DNA of 64,000 bases from Eledone cirrhosa (taxonomy: Eukaryota), in contig OZ024749.1 in NCBI GenBank assembly GCA_964016885.1, forward strand, positions 27,838,001 through 27,902,000, in the 5' to 3' direction. A program made the position numbers and the translations under genes. Within the stretch, counting starts at the first letter, position 1. Every line of letters begins with the position of its first letter. Positions 1 through 12,598 of this stretch are shown one piece after another. Under the pieces are notes generated by a model. It did no database searches. It was not told where the DNA came from and worked only from the letters and a program-made list of their open reading frames with translations.

Positions 1-93
1 AAGTGTGTGTGTACCATATGTACACTGAGTGTGTGTGTGTGTACCAGCTGTACATTACTAAAGTGTGTGTGTGTGTACCATATGTACACTATT

Positions 94-124
<31 letters not shown>

Positions 125-142
125 ACCATCTATGCACTATTG

Positions 143-187
<45 letters not shown>

Positions 188-390
188 TACTATCTGTACA
201 CAACTGGTGTGTGAACCATCTGTAAACTGTGTGTGTGTGCGTGTATATACTATCTGTACACTATGTAAGTGTGTGTGTGTATGTATGTGTGTGCATACTG
301 TCTGTACATTATTGATGTATGTGTGTATGTCCCAAATGTATATTATAGTATTATAATGTATATCACACCATGTGTGTGTGTGTGTGAGTC
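1..390. repeat. (GT)n-based compound minisatellite
   Basis: GT runs punctuated by a recurring 'accatatgtacact'-like spacer. Confidence 0.85.
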
Positions 391-1189
391 AGAGTCTGTA
401 TCTGTGTATGTGATTGTACCAATAGTTAGTTATGATGGTGCTGATAATGGCAATAACAATGATGGTGATGAAAATGAAACAAGACTGTTAAACCAGACCC
501 CCCCCCCCCCATCACATTAATCTCACTATATCAACCCCCACTCCACCCCGCCCTACGCCACGCCACAATATTTTGTTGCTCCTTAAAAGTAAAAAAAAAC
601 CCAAACAAACCCTCAATTATTATTTCAAGTGTTACTACAACTGTTATATATAAGTAGCTTCCTGTTATACAATAGACCTACCTCTCCTCCACTCTCACTC
701 ACACTCACTCCTCTGCCACTTACACCTTCACCCCTCCTCCATTCACATACCTCACCATCCTCTCCACACACTCACACACCACCAGCTTCCTCCACTCACA
801 CTCTCCTCTACTCACATAAACCACCACTCTCCCCACTCTCACACTCCCCTCCACTCCACTCACTCACCCCATTCACCACTCTCACTCAAACTCATCCCCT
901 CCCCCACACCACCACCTCCCCACGACTCACACACCACCACCTCCCATTCCCTACCAGGACACCCCCCACTCACCCCTACATACCCCTTACACTTATAGAC
1001 AAAAAAAGATAAACTCCCTTATATAATAATACAATAATATAATAAGTCAACATAAAAACTGCTAACTCAATGTATTTGATATAAAGTTGGCCCCCGCCCA
1101 TGGATATTAATATTTAGAATTTCTGTTGTTTATCTGTTTCATGACAACAACAACCATAACAACATCAGAGTGAAAAACAAGAAAAAACA

Positions 1190-1505
1190 ATAATTGGCCC
1201 TAATTTCGGCACAGGGCCAGCAATTTTGAGAATTAAATCACCCCAGTACATGACTGGTAGTTTATTATATCGACCCTGGAAGGCTAAAAGGCAAAGTTGA
1301 TTCTGGCAAGATTTGACCTCAGAATGTAGAGGGCCTTAACTAAAAGCAGCAACGCATTTTGTCCGACCCCCCAACACCACCCTTAGTTCCTCCCTTGGTG
1401 GGATTTGAACTCAGAATGTAAAGAGCCTTAACTAAAAATAGCTAGGTGCTTTGTCTGGCCCTCTTAACCACCCTTAGTTTACTCCCTTGGTGGAATTTGA
1501 ACCCA
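1190..1505 (-). mobile_element. Degenerate tRNA-derived SINE (family A) with partial head duplications
   Basis: Matches intact copies at 16341 and 39262 (ggcacagggccagcaatt...aggcaaagttga...gatttgaactcag). Confidence 0.75.
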
Positions 1506-1575
1506 AACTTAAGACAAAGCATAGTTGCTAAAATAAGAAGAGGGTCGAAAATGTTCAGTGAGCTGTTTTATTATG

Positions 1576-1726
1576 CAAAAAGTAAACAGAAATAACAAAG
1601 CAAACACCACAGTACAATGAAGAAAATATATTAGTTTCACACTTGATATAGAAGGAAAAGAGTCTTAACGTTTCATACACTAATCCTTCTTCAGAAGATA
1701 GAATGAGAAATAAAAGATTAAATAGA
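1576..1726 (-). mobile_element. HHR-bearing repeat family A (putative Penelope-like pLTR fragment), copy 1
   Basis: About 150 bp homologous to 4964-5113; contains a hammerhead core on the minus strand. Confidence 0.65.
1663..1698 (-). ncRNA. Minimal type I hammerhead ribozyme, decayed stem II
   Basis: Minus strand: TCTT-CTGAAGA-a-ggat-tagt-gtat-GAAA-CG-TT-AAGA; stem I TCTT/AAGA; stem II has a mismatch. Confidence 0.6.
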
Positions 1727-2180
1727 TTACCTCAGCTAGCAACACAAGGATTCTCTCTCACTCACTCGCTCTCTGAGTTGAGTGAAGGGTAGATTGTATG
1801 ATTGTTGTGTATGTAGTGTGATGTTATAGTAAGACATGGCCATTGAATATAAGGGATGTTCAGAAGTTAGTAAGAAATGAGGTTAGCATGCTCTATTGGA
1901 TGTGTAATGTTAGTGCTGCAGGAACATGAACACAGAATGCTTGAGAGAAAAACTGGATGTAAGTAAACTCATGTGAGAAGACTGAGCTGGCATCGACATG
2001 TAACGTGTATCAATGATGATTGTTGGGTGAAGATGCGGAAGGAAGCAATGAAAGAACAAGAGCAAGTAAGACCTGGGCAGAAGAGGTAAAAATGGAAGTT
2101 TGGATGCTGAACATGACAAAGGATGATGAGAAAGGATCACAAACACAGACTTTAATTTGGAGAAGATTTGGCTCAACCCA
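1727..2180 (+). mobile_element. Decayed RTE-clade LINE, C-terminal ORF region
   Basis: Frameshifted peptides RVKGRLYDCCV, KTWPLNIRDVQKLVRNEVSMLYWMCNVS, LREKLDV, RLSWHRHV, EGSNERTRASKTWAEEVK resemble the RTE post-RT region (RLRWYGHV...GRGRPRKTW). Confidence 0.8.
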
Positions 2181-2794
2181 TGAAAACATAGTAAATAAAA
2201 AAAATGAAAGTAAAACTGATGATGATGATGACAATGAGGATGATGAGGTTCTAATTATGAAGCAAGGCATATCATCATCATTATTATTTAACATCCATTT
2301 CCCCTGCTAGCAAGGGTCGAAAAAGTTTATATATATATATAATGTATGTATCTGCGTGAGAATGCATGTATATATATATTTAATATATATCTATATATAT
2401 AAATATACACACACACATAAACCCCTTGGGGGTTAGATCATGGGTGTTGGTGTTTGAAGATAAAAATCTGGAGTCAGTTGCCGCCCATTGTAGTGTTATT
2501 ACAGTGGCTCTGTTTCACCCCAACAGACAGACATCAGGGGGCCAGACTAAGGAGAAAGAGAAGAATGCAGAGGAGGGAGGGGTTACTTACTGGTGTTAAA
2601 TCTACCCCAACCCTAACCCCTACCCCCAGAGGGAAAGAGAGAAGGTACTGAATGAACGAATGGATAGATGGATGGATGGATGCATGGAAGCAACAGAAGG
2701 GCTGTTTTGTTTAGTGTTTGTTTAATAGGTGTGTGTGTGTGTGTGCATGTGTTTGTTTAATATATGTGTGTGTTGTGTGTGTGTGTGTTGTGTG

Positions 2795-2826
<32 letters not shown>

Positions 2827-3464
2827 ACAGATTTAACTGGAATCTATCAAGGAGTTCTTTGGCAACCATAAACAGTTTTTTGTTTCTCTTTTAGCTGAGA
2901 AATTCTTCTCTGAGCCAATCCAGAAGACAGAACAGAACATGCAGGGAAGTTTGGTAAAAAATTGTTCCAGGGGTGGGGTTGAGAGTAAGATGGGTGTGTG
3001 TGTGTGGAAGGGTGTCTGCAGATTATAGAACACTAAATACAATAACTACAACAATATTGAGGTGATAACAGTAATGATGATAAGTGAGGATGGTGATGGA
3101 TGATAGGTGTTGGTGTGGATGATGATGATGATGAATGGTGATGATAGTGATGATGATGACAGTGATGATAATTGGTGATGAGAATGGTGGGTGGTGATGA
3201 TCCTTCATCAGTTTCCATGATGAGCATTCAGTTATTTGATTAACTGAACACTCGAAACCTGAGCTAAGCCTTTCCAAACCAATCTGGCCCAAACCACCTC
3301 TGGTTCTCTGTAACAACCCCGCCCCCTGGTTCTATGAAACAAAACTCTCCCTGGTCATATGAAACAAAACCATCTCTGGTTCTATATAGCAACACCATCT
3401 ATGGTTCTATGAAACAAAACCATCCATTTTAAAGGGTTCATATTTAAATTAAGTGAAAGCAGTA

Positions 3465-3730
3465 TGTTGAGCCCTTCAGCAAAACACTTTATTTAATGTT
3501 GCTCCAGTTCATTCAGCTGCAAAAATGAGTTGCTATGTCACATGTATCAAGAGGTATTGGCCTTTGCCTTTCCCTTGGACAACATCAGTGGCATGGAGAA
3601 AGGAGTCTGGTATACATGGGCAATAGCCAGTCTTCCACAAAAACACCTCGCCCAGACTTAGTGTCTCAGAAGGGAACTATCTAGGTACAAAGCACATGTT
3701 CATGTGTGACCAAAAGGTGTCTCTACTTAT
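3465..3730 (+). mobile_element. SINE body fragment related to family B core, with a different 3' part
   Basis: gcaaaacactttatttaatgttgctccagttcattcagctgcaaaaatgag matches the family B core. Confidence 0.6.
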
Positions 3731-4207
3731 TTAAATTAAAATCTCCTAAAATAATTTCATATAAGAACTAGATATTAATTTCCTACATTAGTAATAGAAT
3801 AATTAATAATTTTATTTAAGCCCCTCAACATTCTTCATTAGTTAATTGAAATAGAAGAGTGTATTTCATTAGAAACATGGCCAAGAAGAGTTAAAATGTG
3901 AGTGGTTCACTATTTTCACAGACACGCATATCCTTAACGTAATTCTCAAGCTTAAATCAGCATGACAAAATATGACAAAGATGCACCTTTGAATTACAAA
4001 GTACAATTCATGTGACGGACTTCAGCATAGTTTCTGCTTACCTAATTTCACTTGCAAAACTTAGGTCAACTCAAGCTGATAGCAAAGACATTTGATCAAA
4101 ATTCCATGCAGTAGGATCAAACTTGGGACCTCACAGCTGCAAAAGAAAACTTCCTAACCAGTCAACCATGCCTATTACTACTACTGCTGTTGCTGCTACT
4201 ACTACAT

Positions 4208-4326
4208 GGAAGCATGTGGCTTAGTGGTTAGGGTATTGAGCTCATGATAATAAGGCTGTGTATTCGATTCCTGAACTGGACAGTATATTATGTTTTTGAG
4301 CAAGACACTTTATTTCATGTTGCTCC
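4208..4326 (+). mobile_element. SINE family B head (tRNA-like A/B boxes plus core start)
   Basis: tggcttagtggttag A box; ttcgattcc B box; ttgagcaagacactttatttcatgttgctcc. Confidence 0.75.
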
Positions 4327-4963
4327 TTCTGCCAGGAGTTGCGACCAGTAGATAGTATCAGCAATGGAAAAGCCAAGGGAAACATTGTTTCCTTGATCTG
4401 ATCTGATAATCAGTCCTTATTTTCTGCCAGGAGTTGTGACAGACAGATAGTATCTGTAATGGAAAGACCAATGGAAACATTGTTTTCTTGGTTCCTATAT
4501 ATACTATACCACCACCACTACTACTACCACCACCATTACAATTACTACTACAACTACTACATCAGCAGATATTAAAGTGTTGTTGTCAAGAGAAGGAAAC
4601 TGACTATTATTATTAACTAAAGAGATTGGCATTATTAGGTTATCTAATTGTTTAGTAATGAGTTTAGATTAACTGAAAAGTGGGGGGAGGGCAAAGAGAG
4701 GGAGAGTGAGCAATTTTTTGTAAATATCTACACTTACACATATAGTTATACAAGTGTGTGTGTGTGTATATATATATTAGCGTGGGAAATGGACATTAAA
4801 TGATGATGATATATTTATATATAATGAAGCTTATCGAATAGAATGGACACAACCATGGTCATTTTCTCACTCACTCCATGATTTAATTATGTCTATATCA
4901 TTAAAATATAAATCCCACAAATTAAGTGTACACTTACACAATTATGTGTGTGTGTGTGTGAGT

Positions 4964-5113
4964 GCAAAAAATAAACAGAAACAACAAAGTAAATGACACA
5001 GTACAATGAAGAAATTATTAGTTTAACGCTTATGATGGCAGGGAAAAGAGTTTTTACGTTTCGGACACTAGTCCTTCATCAGAAAATAGAATAAGAAATA
5101 AAAGATGAAATAG
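4964..5113 (-). mobile_element. HHR-bearing repeat family A, copy 2
   Basis: Homologous to 1576-1726; starts next to a (GT)n tract. Confidence 0.7.
5051..5086 (-). ncRNA. Minimal type I hammerhead ribozyme
   Basis: Minus strand: TTTT-CTGATGA-A-GGAC-TAGT-GTCC-GAAA-CG-TA-AAAA. Intact core, perfect 4-bp stem II, palindromic ACGT in place of stem III, GUA triplet, 4-bp stem I. Confidence 0.8.
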
Positions 5114-5724
5114 AAAATGAGAAGTGGAAAGAAAGGAAAATTATAAAAAAAAAAACGTGTATTCAGTCAGTCATTTTGGAGAAGAAAAAAAAAAAATATA
5201 TATACATGCTTTTGTTATATCTAAATAAGTCTGTTTATTTCTCAAATGTAACAGCAACAACACAGAATAAGATTATCTGAGATTGCTATTTTGAAGAAAT
5301 TGTCAGTTAAATTGGTTAGCAACACTCACACATCATTTACAATACTATCTGTGATCGGCCTAGAACTAAGAGTATTTCAAAGCTGTTGTTTACTATCAGT
5401 CGACATCTGGTAGCCAGATGTAATAACCCCTAAATAATTTCACTGCCAGATAAACAGATGTTAGAGTTCGTTATGACACAATCTTCAATATGCAATCTTC
5501 GTTCTTCACTTATATTTTATTATTTTCTCCTTATTACCATTTTCTCACCGTCTTGTGAAGTGAAGGTTTTCACTGATAAATCTTATCACACACACACCCA
5601 ATATTCCAGCTTGAAGCTAAGGACAGAAACAAGGTTCTATATAACTAATTGACCAAATACACAACAACTATAATCTGTTATATTAACACTTTCGTTACTA
5701 TATTTCTACTGAAACAATCGTCCT

Positions 5725-5853
5725 TCTTCTTTGCCCACTTATTCTTGAGAGAGTTGTTGGGGCAGAATGCTGAAACACTCTTTTCAGCAGGTTCTGTCAG
5801 AAGCAACTATCTCCAGTTGATCCAGCTGGATCCCCAAGTGAGACCAGCTGAAC
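5725..5853 (-). mobile_element. RTE-clade LINE 3' end
   Basis: FSWSHLGIQLDQLEIVASDR; homologous to 6075-6268. Confidence 0.7.
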
Positions 5854-6074
5854 TTGTGTGTGTATGTATGTATGTATGTATGTATGTATGTATGTATGTA
5901 TGTATGTATGTATGTATGTATGTATGTGAGTGTGAGTGTGTGTGTATATATATATATGACCTTGAAAAGGCTGGCCGAACACACATGCCAAAACTGCTTG
6001 GTGTTGCAGTCAAGATTTTACACATCTGTATATATATATATATATATCTATCTATCTAACTATATATATATATG

Positions 6075-6268
6075 TCCGTCACCCACTTATTCTTGAGGGG
6101 GTCGTCGGATGAAGAGTCCTCAAATACTCCTTCCCACAGGCCCTGTCAGAAGCAACCATCTCCAATTGATCTAGCTGAATCCCCAAACGAGACCAGCTGA
6201 GCTCATGGATGATATCCAACCATCTTGCTTGGAAAGTTTACCGCTGGGTCTCCTGCAAGTTGATCTTG
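6075..6268 (-). mobile_element. RTE-clade LINE 3' end
   Basis: RRPSG..ARWLDIIHELSWSRLGIQLDQLEMVASDR resembles the RTE/Expander C-terminus (RPRGRPRTRW..I..L.WSRLG). Confidence 0.75.
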
Positions 6269-6269
6269 A

Positions 6270-6792
6270 AAATAATAAAGAATTTGTAGGATTTAATAAT
6301 ATAACTAACCTTCTCATTATTAAGTTGGTGTTAGGACTATAACTTAATGGGGTTTCTCACATAGAATTATGATGAAAGGTTTTTAGATAAACACTTTAAC
6401 TCCTTTGTTACCAAATTTCTAATGAATTTCAAAATAATCAAGACATAGGAGGGATTTAGTAATATGAACTAACTTTATCATTATCAAGTGGGTGTTTGGA
6501 ATATAACTTAACAGAGGTTCTTACATAAAATTACGATGACATTTTTAATCCTTTCATTACCATATTTCTAATGAAAGACACTGCCTATGGTTTTCAGATC
6601 ATTTTGAAAATAATGAAGTATTTGGTGATATTTAGGAATATAACTAATTTTCTCATTATCAAGTTGCTGTTTGGAACATAAAAATTCTTGCATAAAATTA
6701 AGATGGAATGTTTTTTAAGCACTTTAAAATAAACAGTGTTCTATCATAGAACCAAGGGCGGTTTCAGGTAGTTTGGTGTGAAAAGGGCTAAA
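6270..6792. mobile_element. AT-rich MITE-like fragments (three partial copies)
   Basis: Repeated 'aactaa..ttctcattatcaagt..gtgtttggaa' blocks; ttaactccttt / aaaagggctaa ends; related sequence near 20260-20500 and 40060-40746. Confidence 0.5.
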
Positions 6793-7253
6793 GCTGGTGC
6801 ATATTTAGTGTAAAATATTAGTCATGATGGAAAGGGGGTTAGGTGGTGGTAGACTGTGTGTGAGATAGAGGGGGAGGGGTGAAGGGAAGAGAGAGAGGCA
6901 AAGGGAGAGAGAGAGGGAAGAGAGAGAGGCAAAGGGAGAGAGAGAGAGAGAGAGAGAGAGGTGGTGGTATCAGCCCCCCCCCATCCTGTTATGAAAAGCA
7001 ATGCGAGAAGCTCAAGAAACACCAGTCACCCACCACCCAGTCCAAGAATTGAACCCACAACCTTATGTTGATGAGTCCACAACACCCTTCCACTATTAAA
7101 TAAAATAAATAAATGAATAGATAGATAGATAAGAGGGTGCGATTATGCCAAGAAATTCTGCTGATTCTTTTAAAATAGCAATAAATAAAATAGTAAATAA
7201 AAAGATAAATATTATAAAGAATTTCATTTTTATAAAAACTGAAAAATATAAAA

Positions 7254-7389
7254 GTGATTTGAAGAAGGAAATAGATTGTTTTGGGTGAAAACAAATGTTG
7301 ATATATAACTGTGCTATATAGTGATTTGAAGAAGGAAATAGATTGTTTTGGGTGAAAACCAATGTTGATATATAACTGTGCTATATATA
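7254..7389. repeat. Tandem duplication of about 67 bp
   Basis: gtgatttgaagaaggaaatagattg...aactgtgctatatata twice, near identical. Confidence 0.9.
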
Positions 7390-7492
7390 TAATATATATA
7401 TTTTACATGTATTTATAACATTTTGGTATATATATATATATAACATATGTTACATTATATTGCATACAATGATATTTTTTACATACATATTA

Positions 7493-7855
7493 TCATCATC
7501 ATCATCATTTTACGTCCGCTTTTCCCTGCTTGCAAGGGTGGGACGGGAACTGATTCTGGCTCGATTTCTACAGCTGGATGCCCTTCCTAACACCAACCTC
7601 ATTTACAGTGAGTGCTGGGTGCTTTTTTGCCGTGGCACCTCCACGACCACTTTACAGTGGAATGATAGGGACCCCAGTCCCTATCATTCCACTGCAATCA
7701 TTCCCTATCATTTCATTTCTACAGCTGAGTAAACTGGAGCAATGTGAAATAAAGTGTCTTGCTCAAGGAAACAACACATCACCCGGTCCGAGAATTGAAC
7801 TCACAACCTTTCGATTGCAAGGCCAATGCTCTAACCACTAAGCCTTGTGCCTCCA
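7493..7855 (-). mobile_element. Full-length tRNA-derived SINE family B with (GAT)n tail
   Basis: Reverse complement of 36551-36897; A/B boxes, core, ggaagggcatccagc block, cggacgtaaaatgatgatg tail. Confidence 0.9.
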
Positions 7856-7861
7856 TTATAT

Positions 7862-7900
<39 letters not shown>

Positions 7901-7907
<7 letters not shown>

Positions 7908-7968
7908 TAACAGATTAAAGTTTAAGCAAAGAATCGCTGCTTTCACCCTTAATGGGATCTTCTGAAAC
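7901..7968 (-). repeat. Short dispersed repeat next to (TA)n, HHR-like but with a non-canonical core
   Basis: Near-identical reverse complement of 38038-38105. Confidence 0.7.
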
Positions 7969-8070
7969 ACTATTTGCTCTACAGTTCTTATATATTTATC
8001 CTTATCGAGCCCTCTTTGGATTTTAGTCTTCAAATTTATTATTATTACTATATATATATATATATATATA

Positions 8071-8275
8071 TAGGAACGAGTAGGACCCCGACGGCTGAGC
8101 TCAAGCCGTTTCGACGGCTTATTCTGGACTAAATCTTAGTCCAGAATTAGCCATCGAAACGGCTTGAGCTCAGCCGTCGGGGTCCTACTCGTTCCTATTA
8201 CCCACTCTACTACCCTAAGTATTGAGTACTTTGGTGCGTTATGGTCCATCTGGTTCCTTACCACATGTCCTTCGT
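8071..8275 (+). mobile_element. Fold-back element family C (arms about 62 bp, tail about 78 bp) in (TA)n
   Basis: 8071-8132 is the inverted repeat of 8136-8197; GAAACGGCT-tgagctc-AGCCGTC; homologs at 24317, 55765, 56479, 57084, 63879. Confidence 0.85.
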
Positions 8276-8664
8276 TATATATATATATATATATATATGT
8301 TATAAATACATGTAAAATATATATATATTATATATATAGCACAGTTATATATCAACATTTGTCCCACCCTTGGAAGCAGGGAAAAGAGGACGTAAAATGA
8401 TGATGATATATATATATATATGTATATTAATATATATATAATATATATTAATATATGTATTAGAATATTAATATATATATTACAAATATATTAAACTACA
8501 CACACACATACACACATATATATATACATACATACATACATAAACTCCTTTTTCTCTCCTTTTCTCAGTCTACCTCCCTGCACATTTCACTCTCTCTCTT
8601 TCTCTGTCCAAACTCAGTGTAGATCCATGCTAACAGAGAAACAATCCAACACACACACACACAC

Positions 8665-8733
<69 letters not shown>

Positions 8734-8899
8734 TCTACACCATAACAATGTGGTGCTGAAATGGTGAGATGCTGAGAATCTGAGAATCTGTGATGCTGAC
8801 AATTCAACATCTCAGCTGACTACATTCTTTAATATGCCTGTTGTATCCCATAGCAACCAGACTGGAGACGAAACGCTGGATGGTCGGCTGACAGGAGTG

Positions 8900-9600
8900 T
8901 TGGATGGTTAGATGGAAAGATGGATAGTTGGAAGGATGGTTGGATTGTTGGTTGAATGGTTGGTATATTGGATGGTTGGTTGATTGGTTGGATGGATGGT
9001 TGGATTGTTGGTTGAATGGTTGGTATATTGGATGGTTGGTTGATTGGTTGGAAGGATGGTTGGATTGTTGGTTGAATGGTTGGTATATTGGATGGTTGGA
9101 TTGTTGGTTGAATGGTTGGTATATTGGATGGTTGGTTGAAGGATGGTTGATTGGTTGGAAGGCTGGTTGGATTGTTGGTTGAATGGAAAAATGGATGGTT
9201 AGCTGGTTAGATGGTTGGTTTGAAGGATGACGGGACGGTCGGTTGGATGATTTGATGGTTAGATAGATGGATGGTTGGATGGTTAGATGGTTGGTTGGAA
9301 GGACGACGGGACGGTCGGTTGGATGATTTGATGGTTGGATAGATGGATGGTTGGATGGTTAGATGGATGGTTGGAAGGACGACGGGACGGTCGGTTGGAT
9401 GATTTGATGGTTGGATGGTTAGATGGTTAGATGGTTGCGTGCATGTTTGGATGGTTATATGAATAGTTAGGTGGTTAGCTGGATGGTTGGTTGAATTGTT
9501 AGATGGTTGACTGACTGGCTGGCTAGATGGTTGGCTGGTTGCTTGCTTGGATGGTTAGATGAATAGTTAGTTGGCTGGCTGGCTGGCTGGTTGGATGGTT
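8900..9600. repeat. (TGGT/TGGA)n microsatellite with about 60-bp higher-order units
   Basis: Lines 8941, 9001 and 9061 nearly identical. Confidence 0.9.
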
Positions 9601-12199
9601 GCATAGGATATGTTTTTAATATTCCAGACATTGTAACAGCTGGATTGGATGGCTGATACATTAATTAAGTTAATTGTGTATGGTTAATTAACATAACAGG
9701 ATGGGAGCAGGGGAAGTAGAGGTGGGGAGGGAGAGAAGAGAATAACAGAGATAGAGAGATAGAGAAAGATACAGAGAAAGGGGGGAGGAAGAGATATAGA
9801 GAGAGGGAGAGAGAGAGAGAGAGAGAAATAGCAAGTGCATGTGTGTGTTGAAAGAGAAAGGGAGAAAGTGTCTGTGTCGGTTGATTATGAGAGAATGAAG
9901 AGAGAGAGAGAGGGGGGGGGAGAATGTGAGAGGAATAGGGAGTGTGTTTGTGTATGGGGAGTGGGTGATTCACAAAGTATGAGGGGAGATAGCATTTGTA
10001 TGTACATGAGTGTATGTACATGCATGTGTGTATGTATGTATGTATTTGTGTGTTAGAGGGTGTGTAGAGTTAAATTACCATCATTAATATAACTATATAT
10101 AAATAAACAAATAAAACTAACAAACACTGGTTTAATCCCGTTTAAAGGATAGTTGTGGAATCAGTGTTCTGGGACAGGAAACCAGGCAGTCTACCAACAT
10201 AGTCCAATTTCTGGCTCACAGACATTCTGTCTTTTTTCTCTCAGACATCTTCCACTACTACAATGGGCTCTGCTCTCCAGGGTTAGCTGATAGCTGGATG
10301 GATGGCCTCATACCACTTTCTCTCAGACAACTCCAAACTCATCCATCTCTCTTCTCATCATCACCCATATTGTGTGTAACCCTCTCCCCCACCAGTTCCA
10401 GGTTCTGCACTAACACTACACCCAATCCATCCTTCCTTCCCTAAAACATTGACTCACTTGAATGGTCTCTGCTCCTCAGATCTGGCTGGCTGGCTTCATG
10501 CTACCTCAACTCATATCTCTTCTTCTCACCCATAATGTGTGCAATGAATGCCCTTCCACACCTGTTCCAAACTCTGCACTAACCACTAAGCCCAGTCCAT
10601 CCTTCCTCCCCTAAAACATCAGCTCACTAGAATGGCCCAAACTTCTCAGACCTGGCTAATCTTGGGCGCTCCTCCACCCCCGCCTCAATCCCAACACTCT
10701 TGACTCTCTGATGTCCCCCCCCCCCCCCCTTTCATGTTGTCATGTCTGCCTACACATCCTCACCCTGCTCCCAGTCTCCCTCATCTGAGAAATCCTGTGA
10801 AGGCCATGGAAACAACCTCTTCCTCCAGGCCTGACATGTAAACAACAACAACAAAAAAAAAGAAAAAAGAAAGAGAAACAGATGATTGTTTAACAAGGGA
10901 ATATAAAAGGGAGGGCCATTGCCCATAGCCTTCATAAGGTGAGCCAGTATTTTAAGCAGTTTTGAGCAATCAGTCAGAAAACTAAAAAGAAAAGCTGTAT
11001 TAAATACTTTTAACGCCCTGTTCCACACGAAACCACATCACTACCACAAGGGGAAGAACTCTAGTTACTTCCACTATCTTTCTTTTCTAGAGTTTCCTCA
11101 GCTTTCAGAAAAGCTGATGTAATATACTCCTTCAGAAATATCAAAGTACATCAAAGGTAGTTTTATATATATATAAAGGTCTTGAATATATAATATATAT
11201 GAGGTTACTTAACATGTGAGCTGTATTGTGGGAGATGGAAGGGAGTAGAGGGGAGTTGTTGTAAAGCAATGAGGGAGGAGGAGGTGTGTGTATAAGGAGG
11301 AGGTAGTGGGGGTCGTGTTTGTAAAGCAATGAGGGAGGAGGCATGTGTATAGGGAGGAGATGAGGGGTGGTCATCAATGTAAAGCAATAAAAGAGGTGTG
11401 TATGGGTAGAGGGGGGGGTCAGTGTAAATAAGGGAAGAGGTATATGGGGAGGGGGACAGGATGGTTGAGGGGAAAGGTGAAGGTCAGAGCTACTGTGGTA
11501 ATTACATCTTTGAGGAAACAGTAATGGGTTGATCCCTATCAGAGAATAAATTGTTTGCTAACTTCATTAATTTTCTCTCTCTTCATCTCTTCAATCCTCC
11601 TCTCTCTCTTCCACCTTTCTCTCTCTCTCTTCCTCCCCCTCTTTCTTACCCTTCTCTCTCCCTCCCTCTCTTTTCTTATCTTTAATCATAAAGTAATAAT
11701 CTGCAAGATTGAGACATATGGAAAAATCGGATATAAAAAACTAATGATAGTGATGATGGTGGTGGTGGTGCGGTAGTTATGAAGGTGGTGGGGGTGATGA
11801 TGGGGATGGTGGTGATGATGGTGGGGAGGTAGTTACGAAGATATTGATGATGCTGGGGATGTGGTGATAGTGGCGATGAGGCAGAGATGGTGGTGGCAGT
11901 GGTGGGGGGGGTGATAACGGTGAAGGTGGTGATGGTGGTGGCAGTGGTGGGGGATGATAACGGTGGTGTTAGTATGATGATGGTGGTGATACTGGTGGCG
12001 GTGGCAGCAGTGGTGCTGATGGTGGTCACAGTGATGGCAATAAGGTGATGATAATGATGGTAGCAATAATAATGAACAAGTTACACGCAATCAATTCAAT
12101 ATTACATTTTAACCATTTCCAATTAGAAAAATTAATTAGTTTGTGATGTTTTCCAGTCTAATTATTTTCCACCACAGAAATTATTCCATCATATGTGAT

Positions 12200-12410
12200 T
12201 TAACTCTTAACGTCCTGTACCACGAGAAACCTCATTAGCAAGACATGCTTGACATGTACAAAAGAGCACTATGACTGCATAACGTCAAAAATTGAATTCT
12301 TTACAAAAAATATCACTAAGTTTGATAACAATCATTCCCCCAGTAAAGATACTACAGATAAACATTTGAATTGACAAACTAATATTTAGATATTTTCATT
12401 ACAGGATGAT
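12200..12410. mobile_element. TTAA-ended MITE family (copies near 18047-18511, 20496-20695, 39120-39890)
   Basis: ttaactcttaacgtcctgta terminus matches the reverse complement of aacaggatattgagagttaa at about 18492-18511; shared attagcaagacat..cactatgactgcat body. Confidence 0.6.
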
Positions 12411-12508
12411 GGAATAACGCTGATGATCATGCATATACATATATATATATATACATACAAACATACATATATATAACTATATATATATATATATATATAT
12501 ACATACAA

Positions 12509-12549
<41 letters not shown>

Positions 12550-12566
12550 AATATACATATATATAA

Positions 12567-12597
<31 letters not shown>

Positions 12598-12598
<1 letters not shown>

